A DNA stretch of 64,000 bases from Botryllus schlosseri (taxonomy: Eukaryota): assembly GCA_051294905.1 (NCBI GenBank), contig CM119376.1, positions 27,342,001 through 27,406,000 on the forward strand, in the 5' to 3' direction. Position numbers and translations under genes: made by a program. Shown in pieces: positions 23,296 through 37,600 of the stretch; the stretch's first letter is position 1, and every line of letters starts with the position of its first letter. Under the pieces are notes generated by a model. The model saw only the letters and a program-made list of their open reading frames with translations. It was not told the DNA's origin and searched no databases.

Positions 23296-24789
23296 CGTCG
23301 AATCGTCGGGTCGATGGTGGTTTCCCGGTAGCTGAAATTACAAGTTTCCATTGTTATATTACAAGACAATTCAATGCGCTCACCCTCACACTTTCGAGGT
23401 TTACTTTGATAAACATAATGAAGACTTAAACGTTGACGTAGCACTTCAGTGCTCAAATGCTTATCTGTCACGAAAGGATTTTGGTGACTGATAAATATGG
23501 AAATAGGTGATCACAGAGGTATGAGTAGCCCTTTGGTCTCACACGTATTGAAGACCATTTCGTCGCTTCGTGAAGGATATCGCTGATATAAACGTGTGCT
23601 CTGCACATAGACATAACAAATTTACTGTGCATTGTCTGGTAGAAATCTTGCAGGGACACTGGGACAATGTCACGAAGAAATAAGTCTAGCCCGAACCCTT
23701 TCCAACTGTGCTATATTTGCACTTCAATTTGTTTCGATGTCCCCAATCCTGATTTGGGGTTTCGATCTTGCAAACCGTAGTTCAGTTTGTCTTGTATGAG
23801 TGTAAAGATATTATCTGTAATGTTTTGAAACGGTAGGTCCATATCTTACCCACACCAAATTGGATACTCGCTGGACATTACTCCTCTAGGCGCCACAACT
23901 ACTGACAATATCATTAAAAAACATATATCGCTGGAATATCAGTATCATGAACGCCAATATAATTAGTCTCTAGCTGCATCAAACGTGGTCATGAGCAATC
24001 ATGTCCAGTGTCCACCTTTTCCTCATATCTCGGTAATCCCGCTTTAGTAAAATTTTAGGTTTTATTGCCCGATGTCAATGACTGAAATAGGCTGTCGTAT
24101 GTATAATGCTATCTATACTTAGTACCTACCAACACTCAAACATATGACGATCATTACGATAAATGTATACGTCTTCATGATTGTAAACTGCTGAATCTTC
24201 GAATCCCCCAGTATTTTTAGGAACTAGGTAGTCGGTACTTAGCAAAGTAACTGATACAGTCTAAAGATATACTTTTATACTTCTTACTGATGTTGTAAAA
24301 TATGACCATCTTGATATAACGGTATACTTGGCACTCCTTCTTGTCAAACAAAACGGGTGATCATCAAGAAGCTGGCACAGCATATTTGCCTTTGCTGGTC
24401 TATTGTGTCTCGTGTGAGCTGGGTTCTCATTTCAACTTGGCCAGTACGGAAATGCAAAAAAGTTATGATATACTCACAAGAAATATGGACAAATGCTGGT
24501 CTATTCAATTGCAACTACTTCGACAACAATAGTTTTCTGGAAAAGCGATGTCCAAATCCAAAATGTGCTTACAGATGATTTTTATGGTGCATGTTTATGG
24601 TCGTAGTACATGCTACATCTGTGTGGATGGCGAAACAATTTCATTTTCTAACGATTTCAATTTCTATTCATAATTCACACGGGAAAATCGCGGCAGTCCG
24701 TGGTTCAGGTCACCATCTATTTGTTAAACACTGGTGCAGCATTCGCATCAACACTGTGGCGTCATAAGGAGACTTTCTCTCGGCTGCTA

Positions 24790-24930
24790 TGTTGCTGCGT
24801 TTATATTATCTTAAATCTATTGCCTGTTTGACGTCATAAGAGGCAGCCATTTCCGCAGATCGTAGGAAGCTTCGCGGTATCGTTAGAAAGATCATAAGGA
24901 TGTGCGGAAGCTCTCCTGGTCAATTTCATC
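24790..24930 (+). mobile_element. Possible LINE (Rex/CR1-like) reverse transcriptase C-terminal remnant
   Basis: Plus strand with frameshift reads ...ILS*IYCL...ISADRRKLRGIVRKIIRMCG, recalling the post-RT DRKxLQRVVxxAxxIIG motif; short and degenerate. Confidence 0.3.
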
Positions 24931-27900
24931 ACGGGTGAGAGTGACACCTGCCCTATAGGCTGCTTGCTGCTCACTGGGACATACCGAGATATTTTTAGCG
25001 TAACGGTTACGACAACACAACGCATAAGTCAGATATAGACGGTTGTATCCGGGTGATACGTCCAGTCGTTCATATACCGTTAAATATTTTACTATTTGCT
25101 TGACTTATTGACCCAGTAGTTGATAAAAATCTGCTTTTCTGGAATCCGTCGTACCAGCACCAATCATTGGGAAGGAATGTGAAAATGCGTAGATTCATGA
25201 CGTGCTTATGACAACTGCAAACTAAATACGACGTCTTTGTCAATATGTCAATATACTTGTAGTAACATAGCGATAATACGTTTCGTTAGTAGCGCCAATG
25301 TAAAGTGATTGTCATGTGAGAGTATGCATTTATCATAATTATTTATCGACAATCCAGAGTTTATCGCGAACAATAGTCTCCAATATCTTTCTATTCAAAA
25401 GTGAAATGCTGTCAGTACCGTATATCCCCCGTTTATAACGGAACTGTTTCGAGTATAAAAGGGTAACTCAGAAAATTTCACAGGAACCAACTGGGTTTAA
25501 AAGCAGTTTGGAAGAAATCTCCGGGAAATATAATTTGAAATGTCCAAATTCTACCATCATCATGTTTTGTTACTGGAGATGTACTGCAGTTTGAGCCAAA
25601 TCATCGCCCTACATTGTTGTAGTGCAATTTGTGTTCATGTTGGCCCTTTTGTGTCCATTATTGGTGGCATCGGGTTAAGGCGCTCGATTGGTGGTTATAA
25701 CGCACGCCCCCTGTTTTATTATAGTACGCAGCACTATCGCTATTTTTTTTAATGGACAGTCATCACTAGATCGCCAGAATTTTATTGGACATCCTACTAT
25801 GACGTTAATGTGTCTGCCGCTTGGTATTGTTCAAATATCACCAACATGTCCTTACTTGTTATGCCCGTGTGTTCGAAAGTATGACTGAAATGCAACGCGT
25901 GTGCCTAATTAGATTGGAATTTGTGCTGCGCACGTGGTGTATCGATCGCTGGACCGTTGTCATAGTAGAAAATGGACAATCAAAATGTTTTGTTGGTGTC
26001 ATCAGCATTCAGGATCGGTCGTTACCTATTTAATACGGTCTATTACACCAGAAACAATTCAGTGCGAGTCATATTTCATTCATAATACATTGCCACGTTT
26101 AGTCAAAATGCATATTGGATTCGGTTTTACGAGTCACCAAGAAAACTCTGTAGAACGTCCAAAAATAAGACAAATTTTGTTACACTTGACTTCTAACGGT
26201 GATGTCACACCTGATACGTAGATCCTTGGAAAGTTATATTCCTCCTTCATGTAGCTAATTCAAAATTCCAGTTTTACAGTCTTTAAATCGATTGGAGGCG
26301 GAATACAGTCAAAACCACGTTAAAAGAGTCTACCGGTCTATAAATGGTAGCTTCAGTATCGTGTTTTGCAGTTTTATTGCTAAAATCAATATAGCATCAA
26401 ATATATAGGCTATACACAGTACACATATTGCTACACATATTCGCCCTGTGACGCTTATGCCATGAGCTCTCCGAATGAGGATGAATATATGCAGCAACAT
26501 GCAAATGTGTATTTGTTGCAATTTCCAGATTTTAAACCGTCCGGATCTCATCGAAACTCTTATTTTGCATATTTCCACGTATATCATATACAGAGCGCGG
26601 ATGCACATTGCACACACAGTGAGCATTCTGTTATTTTAAGACGTTTGTGACGAAGCAATTCTTTGGTTTTCGTCTGTTATTCTACGTTTTCTGCCAAATT
26701 CGTGATACTTTCCGCACATACGCGACTGATATGTTGAGAGTAACCCTCCGCAATAAGAACGCACAGTCAGGTTGATTGCCTTTCGACCCCGATGTGTCAT
26801 CAATCAGTCCTGATTCTTGGCGTCCCGCAATTAAAACTATTTGCGAACAGTTTGCCAGAGTGTCTGTAAATATAACCTGTAAGGCTAAGATTAGCTAGGT
26901 GGCAAACTCGGACCGAACCATAATCGCGAAATCGTGGACTTATCGCAGCACGTGGACCGTATATAAGTATTCAAATTCCACTGGAAGTTTTTTGCAAATC
27001 CAAAATGAACACCTATTTTGGTGGTGACTCTATTTAAAGCATCATTGTCGTACAATTCAAACCGAAAGATCGTGCGATGCATTCTCTCACAATTTCTTGA
27101 TGTTCAGACAGATATTCCTGGAAATGTATACGCTTCACTGCGCCGCGGCAGTCTAGACTTTCGTCTGCGTACTCCATGAAATCTCAAATTGGTTATGCAT
27201 TGCATTACCGGCTCGTTGTATGGTAGAGTAATAAAACAACATTTTTGAAGTTTCTGTATGTCTCTACTTTCACTTGTCGTTTAGTATTAAAGCGTTTCCA
27301 CTCGGCTTCAGACTGATTATTACTGTTCTTTGCTTATTTACTTAACGTTGCGTCGTTTTTGGATAAGTGCGTTGACGTATACGCATGCAATTCTAATTCC
27401 AAAGCAATAGGGCACTTCCAGTTTCCACACCTGCTTCAAGGGGCTAGTAGATAACTACAGATTCCAGCACGAAACTCGCAACTGTATTGGAATTCACAGA
27501 GTGTACACAAGGAGTGTAAACGCACCGATACATATCGTTCCAATTGGAAGATGTAAGATAACGCAAGCTTCTTCTACATCGGTGGTTCTTGACCGGGCAT
27601 ACCGGGATCCCCAGGATAGTGTCAAGACACAAATTCAACGCATGCATATTATTCGTGATATGACGCTCGTATTAGCGATAATTGGCTACCAGCAGTCGAA
27701 ATGGGATTGCAGTGGCGTATACAGGGGAGGTTGTGGTTCCAGATCGGAACCCCGTGTTTCTGAAATACCGACACAATCTCCTATATTTGTTAGCTCGTTT
27801 GCAATTAATCAGTTGGCATCACGCTGTTGCGTCTAGACCGAACATTATGATGGCACTTTCTAGGGCGAAGCCTCGCATTTCTGAACTGGTCTCTGAAAAG

Positions 27901-29789
27901 GAAAAAAACAAATGTCAATATTGACTGTGTGAAAATCATATCTTACTGTTTCTTTTTCTTTCAGCACTTCGTCGATACACTGTTAATTTGTGTACCAGTA
28001 ATCACCAGTATAGTATGTATTATATCTGTAGGTATATGTATAATGTTGTAGATTTTGGTTTTGGGGGTTCAACGAAGACTTGTGGATTAGTCTACGGGTT
28101 CCCCGGTTTATTAAAGGTTAATAACCGCTGTTTTACTAGATGTTCGTTGTTGATGAATTCATACAAAACTTCATTATATTGATCAAATTCGCATCGATAA
28201 ATGATAAGATCATCGGGTTTCCTGATATGAGATGACGCCGACATGAAGGATTATGCTCCACTTTGAATTAGGGTCAAGTGCGTGTGTCACAAGTCCTCTA
28301 CACTTCCGCGTGCATCACAGTAATTTGAATGGAAAACAGGATGCAATCAGACACACACGTGGCTGCGCGTCTAGGCGATATAGTTATAAATTACATCTTG
28401 CCGCATACGAGTCATAAAGTCACAGACTCGTTGGTAAAATGTCAGCGAGATGAATAGTGCTTATGTAAATTCTGCGTCAGGTCACCAGTAACTGATTTTC
28501 GGTCTTGCAACCTTCTTGATTATATATACCTTTGATTTGAATATTCGATTTCTTCCGTGTCCAAAACACAGATCACTTAGATAGAAATATACCAGCCCCA
28601 GTTGATAAAGACCTGAATAATCTGCAAACGTCCCGAACACTTCAAACCATATGGTTTGGTAACTACAGCAATCGATCGACCTAATAGGTTTGCTCTGATA
28701 TGTCTCTGCACGACACTTTGATTGGCTAACGTTAAAGTGTACAATACTCGTCTTGAAACGTAAATAGCATCCATAATCGACAATGTTGTAACCACAAAAA
28801 TCGATTTTATATCAACATATACAGGTAACAAGATCGGGATCTATGTCATCGTAGTTGCTGGTTTTGCGATTGTGTGACGTCAAATTCAAGTGTTAGATAT
28901 AATATATTTGCACTGATCTGTCCTCGTCATCATGTTGCATTGAGAAGTAATATTTATCTGATTTTCTTGCGTCGATAATCCAATTACAGGCGTGAATCAA
29001 TCGATCGATTGATTGAGTAATAAGATTCCAACCACGCCTGTCGTGAACAACGTGTCTTATTCTAGAAACGCTCACAAATCAACCGATTTGCCATAACTTA
29101 GGAACGACCTGTAAAACGAAAATGATCACCGTATCGCTGACAAAAGGGTTACTTATATGGCTATGATGATCGACGTTTTATTCATACTAATTTTGTTGGG
29201 AGATATATTTTGATTTGCATTGTCGGCAAATTTTTACCGTCCCTAATTCTGAGCCTTATTTCAAACTGAAAACTAGCCTATCCGCATATATGGCTTTTCA
29301 CAAACTTATTAGGCTTGAACTAATTATGACTACATCAGCAAGCTTTTTGGGGTACTTTCTACTATTTAGAATATATTTTCTGCTAAAGGGATGTTCCACG
29401 GTTTATGTGAAACAAAATTAGATTTAAAATAAAAGCCGACATAAACATAATATTTTGAACTTTTTAAAAACTGTATTTTAGTCTGTATGATGATGAAAAC
29501 GCAATTAGAGCTGGAGCTTACGTCTCGCAGTCATCTGTCAACTGTCAGTTCCCGAACGAGTCGAAGATTTACCGCCATTGTAATGGAATGCTATGAGAAT
29601 AGTCCAGTAATACCTTGAATGAACTTTCGAAACGACTACAGGGGCTTTTTTTTGAAATTGCGACCTTGCAAAATTTGTCACATTGAGAATATTATTCAAA
29701 TTCACAACTATCCACATTTAACAATGAGAGAGCATATTTCGGGATCTACCGAATGTGAGTTCATGAGTGACTGAAATTTTTTAATTCGC

Positions 29790-29905
29790 GAATGCTCTTC
29801 GTGCCGCAACCCTACCCATTTACTCGGGCCAGGGAACGGCACTGGCTTCATACGACGAGATTCGAATCCGAGACCATATGTGTAACATTGAGCTGCGGTA
29901 GCTAA
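29790..29905 (-). mobile_element. Possible tRNA-derived SINE remnant
   Basis: Minus strand has B-box-like ggattcgaatct (29870-29859) followed by taaatgggtagggttgcggcacgaagagcat; no cloverleaf recoverable. Confidence 0.35.
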
Positions 29906-32697
29906 ATACAACACGGCAGTAGCATCCGTTAAAGTTTATACTACCTCCGAAAATAGAAAAGAATCGTAGTCGTTATGCATCACTTAGTGCGTTTCTTCCA
30001 TGCTCAACTGGAAAGTGGTCCCATTTTATTTTCAAATCGCAAAATTTCCGAAAGTGAAAGCATAACCTTGTATTGTCGATTCTTTTAGATTCCGGATGGG
30101 AATATCTTTCCCATTTACACATTACAAACGGCGTTGCAGCACACAATTTTATGAGGCTCACAATGATAATACTTGTGTCACGGATCATTGATTCTAGTTC
30201 AAATCGGAAACGATGTTATGCCGGGTCGACGCGCGATCGCGTACGGCTGTAATAGACAGACATGACTTAACGATACGTATCGATTCTAAATTTTCCATGC
30301 AGCTCGGGCCGAATGATAATTAGCCGTCTGCCGGCTCAATCGAGGTCAGACAAGTGTACGTCTACGCGACCTTACACTCAACTGTTTGACCTTACGTACC
30401 ACCTGAACGATACAGGACTGTCGGATGACCTATTCACCTTAACTTTCGCCAGCCTCGCCAATCGAAACGAGAATTATCACATTTTTTGCTATGTTCCTGC
30501 CAAACTGAGCCATTGAACGTCTAGATCGGATGAGACTTATCACGCATTTCACCGCTATTGAGACTTCGGCAAGCTCTGTATTGCTGCCATAGATAGGATT
30601 GTGCCGTGTTGCTGGTGTGAGCCCACGTGAAAGAGACATGGCTGTGTTGGCCTTGTCCTACATAGCAACTGTAGTAACATCGGTAAACATGTTGCAGATA
30701 ACCGTGAAAGAATTACCCACGACCTGCTTCACACCACTCCACTGATGGTTTCTTCAAAACCGACCCTATCTTCCGATTTATTGTTTTAAAACACCACAGT
30801 AGAACGCGAATCTAATCTTGCTTTAAACTGTATTTGCATAAGATTGAACATTTCATTTCCTTACTTGTATGGTTTCTCGTCTGCAGTGTGTAATGTGCAT
30901 GCGTCTTAGATTTCAATTAATTTAATTTGCGTCGCAGAATATGGTCACTGGTCATTTTGATCATTCTTTATCTCGCCATTGCACTATTAATAAAGTTTCT
31001 AAATGCGATAATATGCATTTGGTCTCATGTACAATACCGACAGTAGTACATACAGACTTACAGAGCATCGGTAACATGATTTCGATTAAATGTATAATTT
31101 CTGGGCTACGATCCGACAATTGATATCCTAACTCCGCCATTTTCCATTGCACCAAAAACACGCAAATGTCCTTCATAGCGATCTCGGTAAATTGCAGTAT
31201 ATAGTTAGCACGTATATTCTTGTATTGCAAGACCTGAGAACTATACAAATTTTACAACCCCCGTGGTCCACATTACTACTCCACGGTTTACTGGCCCTTG
31301 CGAAGACAGCATTCCGGATTCCTAAATAACATCTAGCATCTATAATAGGCACATATAGTGACTAACGAGTAATTTATATGATGTTTTTCGAAAAGAGGCC
31401 ACACATGTTATGAAGGATCTGCGTGAGGCTATGCAAATTTCGATTTGGGGTCAACAGATGGATTATAGTATCGCACCTTTATAATCTTGCAAAGTTATGT
31501 GAGTCACCGACAATGCATAGTCAGCGAGTTTTTGCGATAGTGTTCTAAAAGTAGGAGACCTCGGTAGGAAACCTAGGACGCGACGTCCTAGGAATTTTTT
31601 GCTCGTCAACGCCATGAATGTAAAAGATCTGAGTAAATCTGCCAAGAACGCTTTATTCGTCACCCCCGTATAGAATACCAATAGGAATTTTACGCGTGAC
31701 GTGCCTGCATCCTGTCGAGTGCGGGAAATGATCCTGGAAAGATATGGGTTTGGCTTGATTAGCACAATTGAAGGGTTGTTTTTGAGCCCAAAGACTCTCA
31801 CTAAACGATTCGGCTTCCCTTATAATTTGCATAAAACTTTACCGGAATTCATGAAATTCTACCGAATGAGAGCGTGAATAAAGCGTAACTCAAGCCTCTA
31901 GTATTGCAATCAATTCGATTTTCTCCCTTAGAATCGGAACACGGCGGATTTGAATAAGTCAAATGCGCTCATATCTTCTTGGTACACCAAAGCGTATATT
32001 GATCGAATTTCCTATATATTCCGGCGTCGGCGCCTATTAAAATTTTAATTGCCGGGTCATTAAAGCTCTGAATATTATGCATCCGGTATATATTTATATC
32101 CCAACGTGTTCATTCCTAGAGATCCGTTGATCTTGAGTTCATTGATGTGACTTTGTAAACATTTCCGATGTTCCTAATTATAAGTGCAGAATAAAGGGAT
32201 TAATATGATTAGCGATCTAATTAACTGGTTTCTTTTAATCAGAGCCGATAATACACCGGTCGGATGGGAAGTCACGTTAAGGAATTTGGAGCTATATGGG
32301 GATATGTCAACAACACGTTCGTAGTATTTTACCGCGAATTTGACTCAAAACGTGGGTTTTATTTAAATTTCTAAACTTCTTCAGAAGCACCCACATAATG
32401 GTAACTTTATAATTACTACATTTTACCATGATTATTTCCGATACGGCAATTCTCGGTAGGGGCTATTCTTTCGTTTTTTAATGTTACCAACGTCAGAACC
32501 ATGCCCAAAATCGACTTCAAATGTAACTTGGACTTGATAAAACCTCACTATTAGGAAGCACAAGTTCAATAAGGTTGCTGACCTCCCCAGTCCGCTACAC
32601 GCACGTAAATATATTGTTTCATTTACTAACTTCTACAGAAGCTGACGTATTTCTCGGCCAAATCAAATCGGTATATGTCTTAATGAATTATCCACAA

Positions 32698-32740
32698 AAT
32701 ATCCAATAATGTGACAGTAAATATCCAATAATGTGACAGT
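32698..32740. repeat. 22-nt-period tandem duplication
   Basis: aatatccaataatgtgacagt occurs twice. Confidence 0.85.
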
Positions 32741-34422
32741 GTGTGTTAAAGCTTTTGGCTAATTTGTCGGCCGCAGTGTATATGTTGAAGATTTTTCACT
32801 TACTTGCAGGTAAACGGTACCTAATCTTGACGTCAAGACACGACCGCAAATGATGAGTATTTTCAAATGTTTGCTAAAATTACTCGAAACCTTTTGCCCT
32901 CAAGGCATAATATACAAGTAAAACATTAAATCCAGGTTGCAGTTTCTAACCACGATATCACCTCGAACCAATTTTACAGGGCATAAGCACATTCTCAAGA
33001 TATTGCTACAAGCAAAAAAATCCACAAACACACAGATACCGGTTCAGGAACACGGAAAGCGTCTATTTCAACAGTCGGTGGTCTCATGCTGTGATCGGTT
33101 ATTTCCACAGAAGAGGCAAAATCAGTATAGCAAAGACTTGACGGATGATGATTCCTGTTCGCTTCATGGTGGACATGACACTTGAATTGATAAACAGATG
33201 CATTGGAATCGGTGAAAACATTTATAGTATTAACAGTCAGTCTTCTGTATTTCCCCGTCCTGGCTAAAAGGCATTATATGTTATTAGGCTATATAGTATA
33301 TCTAAAATCCGAAGAGACAAAAACACAGGAATTAAAATATCCAAAGATATATAGTTTATCACTGGAACACCTGAAATCGCATACAATAAGACAACAATAA
33401 ATTAAGCTATTTTTAAATAAAAGGAGATAACAATCCAACGTGCAGAGGAGGGTGACATTATTGCCAAATGTGCAAAATGACATCGCATATATAGACCATA
33501 ACGCTACAGCGAAATGTAGAAATATAATTTCGTAATGACACTGATAGCAAAAAATTAGCCGAGTAGGGAAGCTATCAATAAGGAATACATATTTTGATTC
33601 CAGCGTGATTTCATGTGGCTTTATTTTCGTTCGTCGATGTTAAGCCTGTTTCAAATAATGCAATGTAAAATGTGGCGACATTGTCTGGGGTCACATTGCG
33701 CGCTACGTCGGCGATGTGAAACAGTTATTTGATATGGTGCGAGTGTATCCTTTGGCGTTCCGATTACTGGGATCACTCTTGTAGTTGGTTTGGTGTTTCG
33801 TCATCAAAATTTAGTTGAATTTGTTTTCAGGAAATGGAGGTGTGTGTGAGTCACACTTTCCTCCATCCGCTCGATATAATGAGTCACAATGTTCAATTGA
33901 AGCATTTCCAAACGGTGAATAATAATATTTGTGACACCGACTCACGGCGAGAGATGAGACTTGTGGACATTCACATAATTCCCATATACTAGCAACTTCA
34001 TGTAAACAATCAAGTTTAAGTAGGGACCGGTATCTCAGAATCGGTTACGCCCGGTTTGTTTTATCTATTTGGAAGTAACTATATACCGGATCCGATGTGT
34101 GTCATCATATTTTAGCGAGACACGATCGGAAGGGGCGATATGCAAGATTTGGATTTCCGGATTAGAATCATCATCGGTCCAATTTCCCATTATTTAGCCA
34201 AGAGACGCATCTGTGAAGGTCACCGTCAGTCATGTCCGCCTTGGGAAAGGAAATGCTTTTGAAAACCATCCCTTAATTTGACAACGTGTGCTGTTGAAGC
34301 GTAGCAATGGAAATTCATTTCAAATTAGTATGCACACTTACACACCAAAGTAGATCGGGAAATTCGATACCTGTGCTCACCGAGTGCTTGTTAGAATATC
34401 TGCCTATATCATGATGATAATA

Positions 34423-34600
34423 CCGGCGTGGTAAATGGCTAACATATTTGGTTTGATTGAGTGACTTCATCATTTTGAATATGAACACCGGTAGGTAGTG
34501 GGCTCAATCACCGGCCAGGTCAGATCAAAGACTTGATCAGAGAAACTGGAATCTGTAACTTCCCGGCTTGGCGCTTAGCAGTTCCGGGAAAGCATGAAGG
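34423..34600 (+). mobile_element. Possible tRNA-derived SINE remnant
   Basis: A-box-like ggcgtggtaaatggc and B-box-like gggctcaatcacc, followed by ggccaggtcagatcaaagactt and cggcttggcgcttagca, resembling invertebrate SINE cores. Confidence 0.45.
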
Positions 34601-37600
34601 GGTGGTGCCAGACTTAGAAAGCCTTACAAGGCTATATCCGCACCGCCCTAGCCCAGCGGCATATGCACATTCACATAATGCACTCATGGTATGCATATGC
34701 GAAGATCATCGTGTGTGCGTGTATCATGAGTCGGTATATATGCCGCAAAAACATCAGGGACAGAAATACATAACGTCCTACTCGCATCTTCTTTTTGTGT
34801 CGTATGATGGTATTCAGTAAGGCTGCTGAAGACTTTCGACTTGAATCTACGCGTACGAGTCTTATAATTCCAAAGAAAACGTCATACCTGTCATGGACAA
34901 GTCTTGCACTGTACGATTGTCACTAAGGTACATTTATCCAAATATGCAAAGATTTGCCACTTATTTGGGATTTTGCCGCCCATTATCTAAACGAAATTAT
35001 ATTTTCATCGAAGTTGTGGAAGGGTGCGATGTATTTTCGTGTAAAGATTACAAGATTCTTGTCTAGCAATTGCTTGTCTGCGTGCGTTCGAAAGCGATGC
35101 GAAAAATCCGATGGATAAATTTCTGCTGTAATGACATCCGTACTAACGAATGCTACAAGTCACGTTTAGCATTGAATTCGTGACATCCCATCAGAATGGA
35201 TGCTGCGATTACCTTTCCACGTGTTTATGCGAGATATGATTTGTAAATTGTTATGACAACGTTGTTTAATTCTTCGTCTGCAGTACTTTCCAACATCACG
35301 ACAGCAATGGCGGTATTTAACTTTGATATGAAGAGAAGAGACGCAACCCACTGTTGTAAATACCGTACGATTGTAAAGTGATTACGATCGATTCCGGTTT
35401 GATTTATGGAATAAACAAATATCCCAGAATAAGATCTTGTTTTGAAGGAAGCTTCTCCCATGTTTTCGTTGAGGAAAACCTAATCAAATTATTTGGGTAT
35501 AATTTTGTTTACTTGCATCGAGAGTTGAGTCAGTCAAACTGTTGACAATTGGAGTGTCACGAGTGTGGAAATGTATCGTCCTGTTGCAAACTCGGGAAGT
35601 GTATGGGTGCAAGAAAAATCTCGTGGCATATTATTTCCCTATAAATGCAGATTGCATCACATCCACAGCCGATATATAGCGAATTTAACGTTATAGAGAA
35701 GGCTGGATTCATTCTCTCCGGTTTTGCAGTTTTTTTCAATTGTAGCTATATTGTTGATCTATATAAAATATCCATATTTATGAATTGTGAACATCTTTTG
35801 CGAAAAATCCATTAGACATTGGTGTAAATTGGTTTGCGACTTTGCATTGCAATACTAACTGACTTCCTGACTGATTGGCGTTAGTTGCACTGTTTGTTGT
35901 AACAGATAGTTAACGTGGAATATTAATTTGAGTAGAGCGTGTGATAAACATATACTTTCTTTGTGTTACGTGTTGCCGACACACCGATCCTTGCAAGTAG
36001 TAAGTCCCATGTGACCTTTGTTCTTTGATGATAATTTAAAGTTGTTTTGTATTTTGAGAGGCTCGGTCCTGGGAGGAGGCATGCACGGCCAACGCCTATG
36101 CGTTTCACGCTTCATTAGATCAGTTAGTGTTTTGACCAAATTTTGAGCGTAAACCGCCGCGAACTAGCCTGTGTGTACCGCCGGTATCCGTCGACATTTT
36201 TTAAAGAGGGGCATTCCAGTCCATCTTTTGAGAATTCCATTGAGGTCGTGTTTCCTGCGTTTGTTAGCGTGACGCAAATCCTGAATGTGATATTCCTCTA
36301 CAAACGACTTAAGACCTCAACAGATAAATAAAAGAAAAGCGAGCGTTTCCTTGTATTCTGTACCGGCAAAGTGGTTCACTGGAGAAATGAGAAGGTTGAT
36401 GAATGATAGTGGGGAAATGGGAAGATAATCGTAATTAATGCCTTATGCTGTTAAGTTTTAATGCCATAAAGTGCAGTCAGAATGCTGTCAGAGAGTAAAG
36501 GGCCTATGTTAATCACCGGTTATACTGAAGCATCATCACAACGTTGGAGCACTTCTTTAATACCCTGCACGCGTTACCACTCCCATAGAGGTTATTGATT
36601 TCAGGCTTGTAATTTCAGGCCTGCAACATTTTCCAACGAACGTTGTTGATTTACTGAGCATTGAGCAAACCCATGTTGGTACGCCCATTAATAGAATTCG
36701 TGACACTGACTAGAATTGGAATATAGCCCCACATTAACCCTGTTAACCAGGCCTGGCGCAGAAAGCCCTAATTGTGGAGTGCCAAACTAACCCCATACCC
36801 ACGCACAGGATTACGTATCCCTAGAAGATGAAACAACACGCCGTGACGAGAAACATCGATCGTACATCCTCAATCAAGAATAGGATATCCATACAATACG
36901 TTTCGCTGGGCTTTGATCATATTTGCATCACTGTGAACCGAACATCAAGCTTCCAAGTGATGGTTATAGTTGCCAGGCGATATCGCCTGATGATCGGAAG
37001 ATCGCGAAAGTGGGGTAGAATTTAGGAACAGGAGTTTATAACCGCCCATGCAAACTGATACATTCTTTGTAAATTCCTTGCCGGCGTATGTAATGTCCCC
37101 CGAAAGCGAAACTGCAAACACAGAAGTATTGTTGCAACCGTCGCCATGTTTGATGACCTCGATCAACTCGACCGTATGGTAGTCCATTATTTACTACGAC
37201 GCGAAAGACAACAAGCTCTTTCAGGCGTGACGGGTAATGATTGGTCTTGGAAAACAGGGCGTGCGTTGTACGTGTTTCGATTTGGGATTGGCACAATGGT
37301 TCGAGTCGCCACTAACGTAAAATTTTTGAATAAAACTTATAGTTTCGATAGCATTTTCCACTATGAAATCTTTGAAACCTCGATTCGTCGTTATCGCAGC
37401 ATACGAAACACGCGTACAAAGAATAAAAGATACACTGCACACGTTGGTGGAAATAACGTTGTGATCAACGAACAACATTGTCCCAAAGTACAAGGGAATA
37501 GGCATGGTATAAATATTCCAATTTAACTTTTATGTGCTGTAAAACTTGCGTTATATTCTTTGTGGTTGCATATTTTAACTTTTCTTGTCTTCGATCCTGA

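Noticed and set aside
23277-23471. CEGERIELSC motif suggesting a SUEL/galactose-binding lectin
   Set aside because: The rest of the domain is missing, and part of the ORF overlaps the better-supported Kunitz exon 1 in another frame.
23850-23901. 52-nt exon-like segment with good splice sites upstream of the Kunitz gene
   Set aside because: It cannot be assigned to a coding model; it could be a 5' UTR exon or chance.
31572-31592. Perfect 9-bp-stem hairpin cctaggacg-cga-cgtcctagg and the surrounding 112-aa ORF
   Set aside because: Short enough to arise by chance; the ORF has no recognisable domain or splice chain.
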